A stretch of 18,835 bases of DNA from Nitrospinota bacterium (GCA_046581755.1 JAYGFR010000084.1:1-18835), one strand, 5' to 3'. Numbered from the stretch's first letter, positions 8,469-16,951 are shown. A program made the numbers and translations. The notes: a model not told the origin generated them from the sequence alone.

Positions 8469-11400
8469 CGGGTGAGCCGTTCGTAATAGTTTTCAATCTC
8501 GGAACGCAGGGAATCGGGAAGCCCCTCGCGGAGCGCTTCCATCACCTCTTCGCGGAATTTCTGGGGCACCTGGTACTGCTCCCGGTCGGGGATGTGCACC
8601 TCGCTGAAATCGATGCCCTGGCGGCCGTCCTGCCCCTCCCGACCCCGCCGGGGGGAGGAGTCCAGACCGGGCAGGTTCGGGTTCTGCGCCCACCACCCGC
8701 GCCCGGCAGAGCGGTAGACGCCCAGCCCCCGGGGAGTGCCCATTCCGAGCCTGCCCCTTCGCGCCATCCGTTGCATGGACCGGTTCATTTGATTCCGGGC
8801 CTGGGCAAGGAGCTCCAGGACGCGCTCCTCGGAGGGGATCGCCGCCGAGGACCTTCTCCTCCCCAGAGCACCTTCCGCGCTCGCCATGGCCTTTTTCGCC
8901 TCCTCAATCCGCTCAAGCGGCTTGGAATCGAGGAAGGGATAGAGCTGCATCAGGCGACGGAGCCGATCCCGGAATTCAGCCAAGCGCCCCCCGAGCGCCT
9001 TTTGCCGCTTCTGGAGCCCTCCCAGTTTCCGCCGCTCATGGGGCGGGGATTTTTCCTCCGCCTTCCTCAGGTGGCCGTCCAGGCGGATTCGCGCCTCCTC
9101 CCACCGGGAGGCAGCCGCTTTCTTCTCTTTTTCGCCGATGCACGGCTCGTTCTGAATCGATGCGCTCAGCCCGCGGATGAACCCGTGGACATCGCGCCAA
9201 TCGCCCCGCTTGATATAACCCTCGATTTCGCTCAACGCCTCGCGGTGCGACCGGCGAATCTCGTCGCGCCGGTCCTTCGCCATGCGGGTCCTTTCCTCCT
9301 TGGACAATTTCGATTTGGGGGCGCCCATCATCTTGAATCCCGGAATCGCTTCGAGGGCCTCCCTCAGGGCTTTATTCTCGAATAGGGAATTCTCGCCCTC
9401 CGCCGATTTCGCCAGGGACACGCAATCCAGCTTCCGGATGCGATCGGCCAATTTTCCCCCGGCCGCGAGTTGCACCCTCAGATAGCGCGCGAACCTTTTC
9501 AGGCTGCCGGGCCGCTCTTTTTTCGTCCGCCCGACGGCGCCGTCGAACACCTCGATCGTCTCGCCCAGGATGGCCTGCTGCTCCTTGACGATGACGTCCA
9601 GTTCGGTCTGGCGCCTTTGCATGGGCCTGCCGCCGCGCTGGGCGCTCATCTGGTTGCGCCGCATCCCCCGCATGGCGAGACGAAGCCGCTGAATCTGGCT
9701 CATCAGGCGCCGCAGCGTATCGAGCGCCCCGCGAAAATCGCCCTTCCGCATCTGGCGCCGAATCTTATCGAAGGCGCTCATCATGTTTTGCATCGGAGCG
9801 TTGCGCATCCCGCGCTGGTTCATGAACTCCGAGGGCATCCGCTGGGCCAGCGAAGCGAGCTGATTCATGAGGCGGGCAAGCTCCTCCCGAAGGCGGGCAA
9901 GCTCCTTCTCGACCCGCCGCATGGTCCTCTCGTCCACCTCGCCGGAGCGGCGCATTTTCTCGAGGGCGCGGGCCAGGGCGCGCTGGCGGCGCATCAACTC
10001 GTCCGCCGTTTTGCCGGCGCGGTCCATCCGGACGTTGCGGAGCATATCCTCGCCCATCGACGCCAGCCGCTCGATGCTCTCGGTCGCCTCCTCCCTCTGG
10101 GCGAGGCGTCTTTCCTCGCGCCTTTTCAGGTCCCGGCGGGCGGCGCCCGATGAGGCCTTGCCCTCGCGGGGAGGAATGAGATAGCGGTTCATCACCTCGC
10201 GGAGCCGCCGGGAGAGGGTCGCCAAATCCATGCTCGCCAGCGCCTCGCGCGGGTTGTTGGGCCGCAGGATATCGCGCGCGCCCCGAATCTTCTTCATGAT
10301 TTCCCACGCCTTGTCGAACAGGGTTTTTTCCCGCTTCGCGGTCCGGGTCCCCGGTTTTCCGCCGGGGGGCTTACCGGATTTGGAGGCCTTTTTCACATCG
10401 CCGAATTCGTCGGGCGCCACCTCTTTTTCGAGATAATCGCCCAGCAAGTCGAGGAGCCTTGAGGAAATTTCCTTGAGTTTATTATCCAGCGAGGCGATGA
10501 CGGCCTCGCGGTCCCGGATCCGAATCCGGTAGATCGGGCTCACCCCCCGCTTGGGTCCGCTGACGGTATCCGTGTCCTCGGCCACCACGCGGTAGGCCAG
10601 CGAGGAGCCGGGCCGCAGTCCGAGCGCCCGCAAATCGATCAAATAGTCCCCCTGGACTATCTTCTTGGCGATCTCTCCCCCCCAGAGCCGAATCCGGCGG
10701 GGCCGGCTCCTTCCGATCCGAAGCTCGAGGTTGACGACCCGCACGCCGAAATCATCCGATACCCGGTAGCGCATACGAATGGCATTGTCGGCCTCGAGGG
10801 TGAGGTCCTTGCCGGGTTTGATCACCTTCACGGCGGGCGGGGTGTCCGGAATAATGTCGATGCGGTAGCGGACCGGCACCGGATTCGTGAATCCGTCCAA
10901 ATCCTTGAGGCGAACCTGGTAGGAACCCGGGCTGCCCACCAGGATTAGGCCCTCGAGGAACGAATCCTTGCCCGGCTTGAGCGCGATCCGCCATCCGTCG
11001 GCCAGATGGAGAAGGGCTTCGCGCACCGGCTTGGCCGGCTTGACGCGGACCAGGACGGAGGAGCCCAAAAACGCGCGAATATGCGCATTGCCGGTCTGGC
11101 GCTTGGACGGGAAGGGCGTGTAGTCGGGCGGGAAATATACGATCTCGATGGCCTCGACCCTGGGCGGAGGAACCACCTGCAATTCGACCGGGGCCGAGCG
11201 GAAGCGGCCCGTCCGCGCCACCACCCGCACACCGCCGCTGCCCCCCTTCCACTTCACCCGAAAACGGTTTTCACCGGATCGCTCCATCGCCAGCCGCGCG
11301 GGCGCTTTATTGCTGGGCGCTTTGCCGGCGGGGGTGAACTCCAGTTCCACCCGGCCCGGGCTTCTGCCCTCAGCCCGGACCTTGAACACCACGTCCGAGC

Positions 11401-12028
11401 CCGCGAGAATCCGATTGGCCGAGGCCGAGAGATATAGGTGGGTGATCCGCGAGGGCATGAGATCGATGGCGTTGGCGACCAGATATCCCGCCCGGGGATA
11501 GATGCCCGGCCACAGGAGCCCGATCGCGAAGGCCGTCCCTCCCAATGCCGCCGCCAGCCCCCGCATCCGCCGGGCGCCCGCGTTCGAGACGAACGAGGCG
11601 GGGCTCAGTTCCCCGACCTGCCCGGCCGTTTCGAGCACCAGGGCATCGATAAGCGCCGGCGAGGTGGGGTCGTCCTCGAGGAGAGCGTTCTTGGCCGGGA
11701 ACAATTGAAGCGAGCTGATCAGATTGTTTCCCAGATCCTTGCGTTCCAACTCGATCTCGAGCGCGACCTTTTCGGGGCTGGGCGGTTTCTTGATCAGCCA
11801 AGCCGCCCGGGCCAGCACGGCCGCCAATACCAGGACCGTGAGGAGCAGATACATGATGGCCGCATAGCCAAAGTGCGGCTGCAGGGCCACGGCCCCGGGC
11901 GCCAGCAGGAACACCGAAGCAGCCCCGAGCAATACCAGCAGCCCGGCCTCCCGGCGCCGCACCCTCTTGCGCCCGGCGATGACCGTGCCCAAGAATTCGA
12001 TGATTTTCTGGAATGCGCTATCCGGCAT
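8465..12028 (-). CDS. DUF4175-like membrane-anchored protein with Ig-like domains and long coiled coil
   Basis: Three N-terminal hydrophobic segments, LGNNLISSLQL, DTPPAVKVIKP...DDFGV, YRVVAEDTDTVSGPK, R/Q/M-rich heptads, C-terminal VPQKFREEV...IENYYERL. Confidence 0.8.
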   Translation of the reverse strand: MPDSAFQKIIEFLGTVIAGRKRVRRREAGLLVLLGAASVFLLAPGAVALQPHFGYAAIMYLLLTVLVLAAVLARAAWLIKKPPSPEKVALEIELERKDLGNNLISSLQLFPAKNALLEDDPTSPALIDALVLETAGQVGELSPASFVSNAGARRMRGLAAALGGTAFAIGLLWPGIYPRAGYLVANAIDLMPSRITHLYLSASANRILAGSDVVFKVRAEGRSPGRVELEFTPAGKAPSNKAPARLAMERSGENRFRVKWKGGSGGVRVVARTGRFRSAPVELQVVPPPRVEAIEIVYFPPDYTPFPSKRQTGNAHIRAFLGSSVLVRVKPAKPVREALLHLADGWRIALKPGKDSFLEGLILVGSPGSYQVRLKDLDGFTNPVPVRYRIDIIPDTPPAVKVIKPGKDLTLEADNAIRMRYRVSDDFGVRVVNLELRIGRSRPRRIRLWGGEIAKKIVQGDYLIDLRALGLRPGSSLAYRVVAEDTDTVSGPKRGVSPIYRIRIRDREAVIASLDNKLKEISSRLLDLLGDYLEKEVAPDEFGDVKKASKSGKPPGGKPGTRTAKREKTLFDKAWEIMKKIRGARDILRPNNPREALASMDLATLSRRLREVMNRYLIPPREGKASSGAARRDLKRREERRLAQREEATESIERLASMGEDMLRNVRMDRAGKTADELMRRQRALARALEKMRRSGEVDERTMRRVEKELARLREELARLMNQLASLAQRMPSEFMNQRGMRNAPMQNMMSAFDKIRRQMRKGDFRGALDTLRRLMSQIQRLRLAMRGMRRNQMSAQRGGRPMQRRQTELDVIVKEQQAILGETIEVFDGAVGRTKKERPGSLKRFARYLRVQLAAGGKLADRIRKLDCVSLAKSAEGENSLFENKALREALEAIPGFKMMGAPKSKLSKEERTRMAKDRRDEIRRSHREALSEIEGYIKRGDWRDVHGFIRGLSASIQNEPCIGEKEKKAAASRWEEARIRLDGHLRKAEEKSPPHERRKLGGLQKRQKALGGRLAEFRDRLRRLMQLYPFLDSKPLERIEEAKKAMASAEGALGRRRSSAAIPSEERVLELLAQARNQMNRSMQRMARRGRLGMGTPRGLGVYRSAGRGWWAQNPNLPGLDSSPRRGREGQDGRQGIDFSEVHIPDREQYQVPQKFREEVMEALREGLPDSLRSEIENYYERLTR

Positions 12029-12125
12029 TTTCGCCCCGTCAGGTTATGCGCCTGAAAACGATGCTGCCCGTTTCGATTCCGGACCCACCCGGACCGGAGA
12101 TGTTTTTAAACGATCCGCGCCCCGC

Positions 12126-14471
12126 TCATGCCAGGCCCCACAACCGCCTGGTCGTCCACTCCACAGTCGGCAGGAGAATCAGAATAAAACCTATCCAGGG
12201 AATACTCCACAACCGAATGTCGCGCACCTCGACGACTTTCGGGGGGGCCTTTCCCTCAAGAGTCTTCAGAACGCGGCTGGCCAGGGCCTCTTGGCTTGCC
12301 ACGGCATTCCGCGCGGCCGCGGCCGCGCTGACCGGGATGAAGATTCCGCCCGATTTCTCGGAAAGCACCTTGAGACGCTCCCAGTGGGGGCTGGCATCGG
12401 CCAATTCGGCGCCGCCGGCCCTTCCGCCCACGGACACCGTCCGGATCGAGTGGCCGAGCGGTTTATCGCCCAGCCTCGCCTCGACCTCGGCGCGGTAGCT
12501 TCCCCGGCCCCTTGGCCTGAACCTCGCCTCGAATTCGCCCGTCTCGGGCCGGTAGACGGACATCACCCGGCGGGTCGTCCCGTAGGGGCCCCGGAGGGAG
12601 AGCTGCACATGGGCATTTTCGGCGGGCTCGAACGACTCGTTCCGCACCTGTATGCGGATCACATAGGTTCCATCCTTCCCGGGCTCGGCCTCGGGGAGAA
12701 TCTGCACCTGGGAGGCCGCGGGATCCCCCGACAGCCAGCGCACCATCTGGGCCATCAGGCGCAGATAGAGCCGGTTCGTCTTCTCGGCGGCCACCATCCC
12801 GTAATTCCACCGCCAGAGATCGTCCGTGAGAATTGAGAGGACGCGGCCCTCGCCCACGCGGCGGACCGCGATCATGGGCGCCCCTTTGGTGGGGCCCGTC
12901 TCCGATTCCACCAGGACCGTCCCCTCCTCGAGCCGGGCGGCAATGTTTCCCTGGCTCAGGGGAGGAAATTTCGACCAGATGCGCTGGTTCGAACCGGGGT
13001 CGGAGGAGAGGCGCGTGATGGGATGGCGGTTCCCGGCCGGGGTCACCATCCCGCTCATTTTCATCCGGGAGTAAAAATCCTCTCCCCGGATCAGGCGGAC
13101 CGGAAGCATTTTTTCGATCGGCGAGAGGACATACCCGCCCGACGAGAAGGAATCCTTGCCCCCGAACATCAGGAATCCCCCTCCCCCTTTTACGTAATCG
13201 TACACGCGCTGGAGGTAATAATTGCTAAAATAGGCGTTGGCGGAAAAATTATCGAAAACGACAATATCGAAATTCCTCAATTCTTCGAGAAAAAGGGTGT
13301 CCACCGGAAAGGGGACAAGACTGAGCTGGCGCGTCGGAACGCCGGGGTCGTCTTCGGAGGTCCGCAGGAATACGAACGATACGAGATCGATCGATGGATC
13401 TCTCTTGAGCGCCATTCGAAAAAACCGGTAATTCCACGAGGGAAGGCCCGAAATGGTCAACATGCGGATTTTATTCCGCCGCACCTCGAGGGGCACCTCG
13501 ACGCGGTTGTTCGACTCGACCATTTCCCCGCGCTGAAGGGGCGTCTCCACGGCGAGCAGCAAACTGCCCACGTCCCGGGGCGTGAAGCGGAAGCGGATCG
13601 TCTTTCGCACGGGGCTGCGCGGGATATCGAACGTCTGGGTGCTGACCACCCGGCCGTCCCGCGTCAGGGCGATGGGCAGCTTTTGGCCGGTGAATCCCCG
13701 CACCGAAAGGGTCACCTCGAAAATGACCTCCTTGTTCTGGAACGCCAGCCGGGGCGCCCGCACATCGTGGAGGGATATGTCCTTGAAGCCCTCGGGGGAG
13801 CCGAACCCCAGGGCCAGCACAGGGGGAAAGTGCTCCACATCCTCGGGGGGCCAGGCGCTCCCGGAGGTATCCCCCCCATCAGAGAGAAGGAGGATCGCCG
13901 CGGGCCGATCCGGGCCAGTCCCCGCTGGGCCGGCCGCCGCCCCGGCGTTGTTTTTGAGCGCGGCGCGGATAAGGCGGAGCGGATCGCTCCCCTGGCCCGC
14001 CGCCTCCAGACCACGAATATCCTCCGGGGACACGGGCACGCCGGTGGTGTCGAAGCGGATCACACGGACATCGTAGGACTCGGAGAGGCGCTCGAGGAAC
14101 CCTTTCGAGGCCCCCTCGCCGCCGCCCTCGTTTATTCCCTTCTCCAGGAGGAAGCTCGTTAGCGATGCCATGCGCGTGCGGCCGCCCGCTCCGTCCCGGA
14201 CATTCATGCTGGTCGAGGTGTCCACCAGAACCAGCAGCCGCGGCGGCAGGGAGCGCTCGCGCACATCGACCAGGGTGGGCCCGGAGAGAAAAAAGAGAAT
14301 CGCCAGATATAGAGTGCCCCGAAGGGCGACCAGAAAATAGGTGCACCCCGGCGAGAGTTTTTCCTGAAAATAGGGAATCTGCCGCCGCAGGCTCTCGGCC
14401 AGCGCTGCCCCGAGAATGACGATCAGCCAGAGGGGAAGTCCGCCCGGCCAGTATATCGAACTCCAGTCCAT
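12126..14471 (-). CDS. Membrane protein with VWA, Ig-like and class I glutamine-amidotransferase-like domains
   Basis: Two N-terminal TM helices; MIDAS DTSTS plus LLSDGGD; SGLPSWNYRF, LSLVPFP, YVKGGGGFLMFGG..SF..GGY; C-terminal TM helix ending EWTTRRLWGLA. Confidence 0.85.
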   Translation of the reverse strand: MDWSSIYWPGGLPLWLIVILGAALAESLRRQIPYFQEKLSPGCTYFLVALRGTLYLAILFFLSGPTLVDVRERSLPPRLLVLVDTSTSMNVRDGAGGRTRMASLTSFLLEKGINEGGGEGASKGFLERLSESYDVRVIRFDTTGVPVSPEDIRGLEAAGQGSDPLRLIRAALKNNAGAAAGPAGTGPDRPAAILLLSDGGDTSGSAWPPEDVEHFPPVLALGFGSPEGFKDISLHDVRAPRLAFQNKEVIFEVTLSVRGFTGQKLPIALTRDGRVVSTQTFDIPRSPVRKTIRFRFTPRDVGSLLLAVETPLQRGEMVESNNRVEVPLEVRRNKIRMLTISGLPSWNYRFFRMALKRDPSIDLVSFVFLRTSEDDPGVPTRQLSLVPFPVDTLFLEELRNFDIVVFDNFSANAYFSNYYLQRVYDYVKGGGGFLMFGGKDSFSSGGYVLSPIEKMLPVRLIRGEDFYSRMKMSGMVTPAGNRHPITRLSSDPGSNQRIWSKFPPLSQGNIAARLEEGTVLVESETGPTKGAPMIAVRRVGEGRVLSILTDDLWRWNYGMVAAEKTNRLYLRLMAQMVRWLSGDPAASQVQILPEAEPGKDGTYVIRIQVRNESFEPAENAHVQLSLRGPYGTTRRVMSVYRPETGEFEARFRPRGRGSYRAEVEARLGDKPLGHSIRTVSVGGRAGGAELADASPHWERLKVLSEKSGGIFIPVSAAAAARNAVASQEALASRVLKTLEGKAPPKVVEVRDIRLWSIPWIGFILILLPTVEWTTRRLWGLA

Positions 14472-14475
14472 CGAA

Positions 14476-15312
14476 TTATCCCTGATTCAAGCGGCGCTGA
14501 ATGATCGGATGATGGATGAGGTCCTGCTTGTAATTTCCCGTCAAGGCATACAGGGCGATGTTCACCCCCAGATGAAAGGCCGCCCTGCGCTGGAGCTCGC
14601 CGCCGGGGGTGCATTCCTCCGCCCACCTGCCGCCGGGAAGCCGCGCCCATGCGCCGCCCAGATCGTTCCGGCAAAAGACGACTGGGGTGAATCTTCCGAG
14701 GCGGATTCCCTCGAGCTCCTGGCTCATCGCCTGGCGGCCCCCGATGGAGCGGATCAGGTAATAGCTCTTGAACATGGCGTGATCGCCCGGAAGCGGCTCT
14801 AGCGCATCGCGCGGAAAGACCCGGCGCAAAAGCGCCCGCGCCGAGCGGCCAAACCCCTCGTTCACCAGGCCCAGGCCATCGTCCACCAGCAGAAATCCGC
14901 CGTAGGTCAGATGTCGGCGCAACCGATCGACCTCCCCCTCGCTCGGGGCCTCGAACTCGTAGCGGCCGGAAAGATACAGGAACGGGTATTTGAACAATTC
15001 GGACGAGGACAGATCGACCACCTCCGCATCCGGGCCGGCCTTGATGCTCGTCCGCTTTCGAACATCGCTCAGAAGCGTGGCCATGGCTGAGGGGTATTCC
15101 TGCCACCGCCCTCCCCGGTAGCGGATGTGGCCCGGAACGAAACCGGGCGGATCCCCGCCCAGGACGGCCCCGGGGGGCACCGCGAGTTCGGGAATCTCGG
15201 GCCCGCGGGGGGACTGGGAAAAGGCCCGCCCCGGACCCGCGAGCGACGCGGCGGCGATGGCCGCGCTCGCGCGCAGGAAATGGCGGCGGCTGAAATCGCG
15301 GTTATGGGACAT
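14476..15312 (-). CDS. DUF4159 domain protein with twin-arginine (Tat) signal peptide
   Basis: SRRHFLR plus hydrophobic h-region; YPFLYLSG, LRRHLTYGGFLLVDD, NDLGGAW, AFHLGVNIALYALTGNYKQD..H. Confidence 0.88.
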   Translation of the reverse strand: MSHNRDFSRRHFLRASAAIAAASLAGPGRAFSQSPRGPEIPELAVPPGAVLGGDPPGFVPGHIRYRGGRWQEYPSAMATLLSDVRKRTSIKAGPDAEVVDLSSSELFKYPFLYLSGRYEFEAPSEGEVDRLRRHLTYGGFLLVDDGLGLVNEGFGRSARALLRRVFPRDALEPLPGDHAMFKSYYLIRSIGGRQAMSQELEGIRLGRFTPVVFCRNDLGGAWARLPGGRWAEECTPGGELQRRAAFHLGVNIALYALTGNYKQDLIHHPIIQRRLNQG

Positions 15313-16189
15313 CGCTGGCCGGGGGCATCACGACAAAAAGCGTGGGGGGCGGAAGCGTTTTCAGCGAAAGGATCAAATCGGGCGATTTTGCGATTTTCAT
15401 CCGGCCAAGCCCCTCGACCTTCAGGGCGAGGGCGAACTGGGCGGAAAGTTCGGGGCCGGCGAAGTGCATGGGGATGACGATGTTCGGCCCGATGCGCTTG
15501 ACGATCTTGGCTCCGATCTCGTGGGGAATGGTCAGCGACCCATCGATGGGCAATAGGAGGACATGGATTTTCCCCAGCGCGCGAATCTGACCCTCGGAGG
15601 GGCCAAAGCGCGCGTTGCCCAGATGGGCGATGCAAATCCCCCCGGTCTGGAAAATAAATATCGTGTTGACGACATAGGGCGAGGACGTTGCCCCGGCGAC
15701 CTGGGGAAAGGAAAAAATCCGGATCCCCTTGATGAGCTTGTCGATAGTGACCGGCCTTCCGGATGGGGTGGCACCGTAAAAAATTCTCGTTTTTTTCTCG
15801 TAGGGCCCGGTCTGGGAGTGGGTTTCATGGAAATTGCTGACCGAAACCGCGTCGGGATACGGGTTCGTCACCTTGGCCCAATAGGGATCGGTCAGAATAC
15901 TTCCCCCCCGGGGGCCGTTGAGCAAAAAACTGGAATGCCCCAGATAGCGCAGCCGGAGGATTTTCTCGGTCCGGGCCACAAGCGCCGCGATATTCCCCGC
16001 CTGGCCGAACCGCCACGACACCGGGATGAACCGACCGTCCCGGCGCACGAGGCCGGGCTTGCAAATGGCTTCAGCGGAGGAAACAAAAAAGGGCGCCAAT
16101 AACCCAAGGATGAGACAGAAAAAGCAACGGCGCTGAAATGAACCGGACCGGAATACCCTCATTCCAGGGAATATTCCGGAAATCATCAA
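15302..16189 (-). CDS. Secreted MBL-fold metallo-hydrolase-like protein (Lactamase_B_3-type) with atypical metal ligands
   Basis: RYLGHSSFLL, ILTDPY, CIAHLG, LLLPIDG and IVIPMH; signal peptide-like stretch ending SSAEA. Start may instead be ATG 16162 or 16186. Overlaps the next gene by 11 nt. Confidence 0.82.
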   Translation of the reverse strand: MMISGIFPGMRVFRSGSFQRRCFFCLILGLLAPFFVSSAEAICKPGLVRRDGRFIPVSWRFGQAGNIAALVARTEKILRLRYLGHSSFLLNGPRGGSILTDPYWAKVTNPYPDAVSVSNFHETHSQTGPYEKKTRIFYGATPSGRPVTIDKLIKGIRIFSFPQVAGATSSPYVVNTIFIFQTGGICIAHLGNARFGPSEGQIRALGKIHVLLLPIDGSLTIPHEIGAKIVKRIGPNIVIPMHFAGPELSAQFALALKVEGLGRMKIAKSPDLILSLKTLPPPTLFVVMPPASDVP

Positions 16190-16429
16190 CTCCCCCGAAT
16201 GGCGATGGATAAAAGGCAGCGAGAATAGGGGTATTGTACCCTTGAAATGCCCGGAAAAATAGATAAATCCTCTGGAAAATAGAAATTCGGTGCAGACCCC
16301 ATCCGGCCCCGATTGGTGGGTCCTGCCGGAATTAAAGTGAGGGATACCATGATTGCTGTAATAAATTGATATTTAAGGATTTATTCAATGAGACGAAGGA
16401 ACGCCTCGCGCCACATCGGAAATTTTGAC

Positions 16430-16623
16430 CTAGGCGGTAATGTCGATTCCGTTCGGGCTTTGGATAGCGTTGGCGGCCAAGAGGATGGCCAAAACCCTCT
16501 CATCCGACAATTGATGAGAAGCCGTGAGCTGTGCCACGGTGGATCGCAGGTTCGCCACGGCACCGACTATCTCGGGGGCATCAAGCCCTGTGCGACGGCA
16601 AGAATGAGGTTTCCATTAGCCAC
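16430..16623 (-). pseudogene. Frameshifted small gene (~64 aa), YjfB-like putative motility-associated protein
   Basis: GGAGGAGGAG RBS then GTG at 16623 (MANGNLILAVAQG). A one-base frameshift near 16574-16588 joins it to LDAPEIVGAVANLRSTVAQLTASHQLSDERVLAILLAANAIQSPNGIDITA* (TAG 16430-16432). Sigma28-type promoter upstream. Confidence 0.6.
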
Positions 16624-16628
16624 GACAA

Positions 16629-16639
16629 CTCCTCCTCCC
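16629..16639 (-). promoter_or_regulatory. Strong ribosome-binding site GGGAGGAGGAG
   Basis: + strand CTCCTCCTCCC at 16629-16639, 5 nt upstream of GTG 16623. Confidence 0.7.
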
Positions 16640-16719
16640 TGAGAAGATGACCTGCCACTCGGGCGATATTCAAAATTCCCACGCTTCGCGGCCGCAAAAG
16701 CGTTATCCCGCATTTCTTC

Positions 16720-16746
16720 TTATCGGACGCTATCCCGATAAATTGA
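16720..16746 (-). promoter_or_regulatory. Sigma28 (FliA/SigD)-type promoter
   Basis: Minus strand reads TCAA-TTTATCGGGATAGCG (15 nt)-TCCGATAA versus consensus T[A/C]AA-N15-GCCGATAA; about 95 nt upstream of the small gene. Confidence 0.65.
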
Positions 16747-16856
16747 GGCGGAGAGGGGAAATATGATTTAGGAGCCGTGGCACTGGCGGGGCCGGCCGGG
16801 ACGCTCCTAGTCCTCTAACCGGATGGCAGAGATGGATTTTCCTTCCCCTCCCCGTT
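16747..16856. other. Nested inverted repeats; candidate structured RNA or element
   Basis: Outer stem GGCGGAGAGGGGAA (16747-16760) / TTCCCCTCCCCGTT (16843-16856); inner stem TAGGAGC (16769-16775) / GCTCCTA (16803-16809); short CTCT/AGAG stem (16813-16831). Confidence 0.35.
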
Positions 16857-16951
16857 CCGGCCATAAATTTATAAACCTACATTTCAACTTCAATTATTCC
16901 ATGCAACATATTGATATATATCTTTTTTGTCGAATTATATTCATGGATTCA

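Noticed and set aside
12..14162. Many long + strand and alternate-frame ORFs (e.g. 12-1319, 4843-5997, 5796-6800, 13023-14162)
   Set aside because: Antisense or frame shadows of well-supported minus-strand genes in high-GC DNA; no recognisable motifs.
16381..16642. ORF-track calls 16381-16563 (-) and 16388-16642 (+)
   Set aside because: No convincing RBS or protein-like features; promoter and RBS point to the different, frameshifted minus-strand frame.
16734..16741. + strand CCCGATAA as a divergent sigma28 -10 (also minus-strand TCCGATAA at 1370-1377)
   Set aside because: No TAAA/TCAA -35 element at 15-nt spacing in either case.
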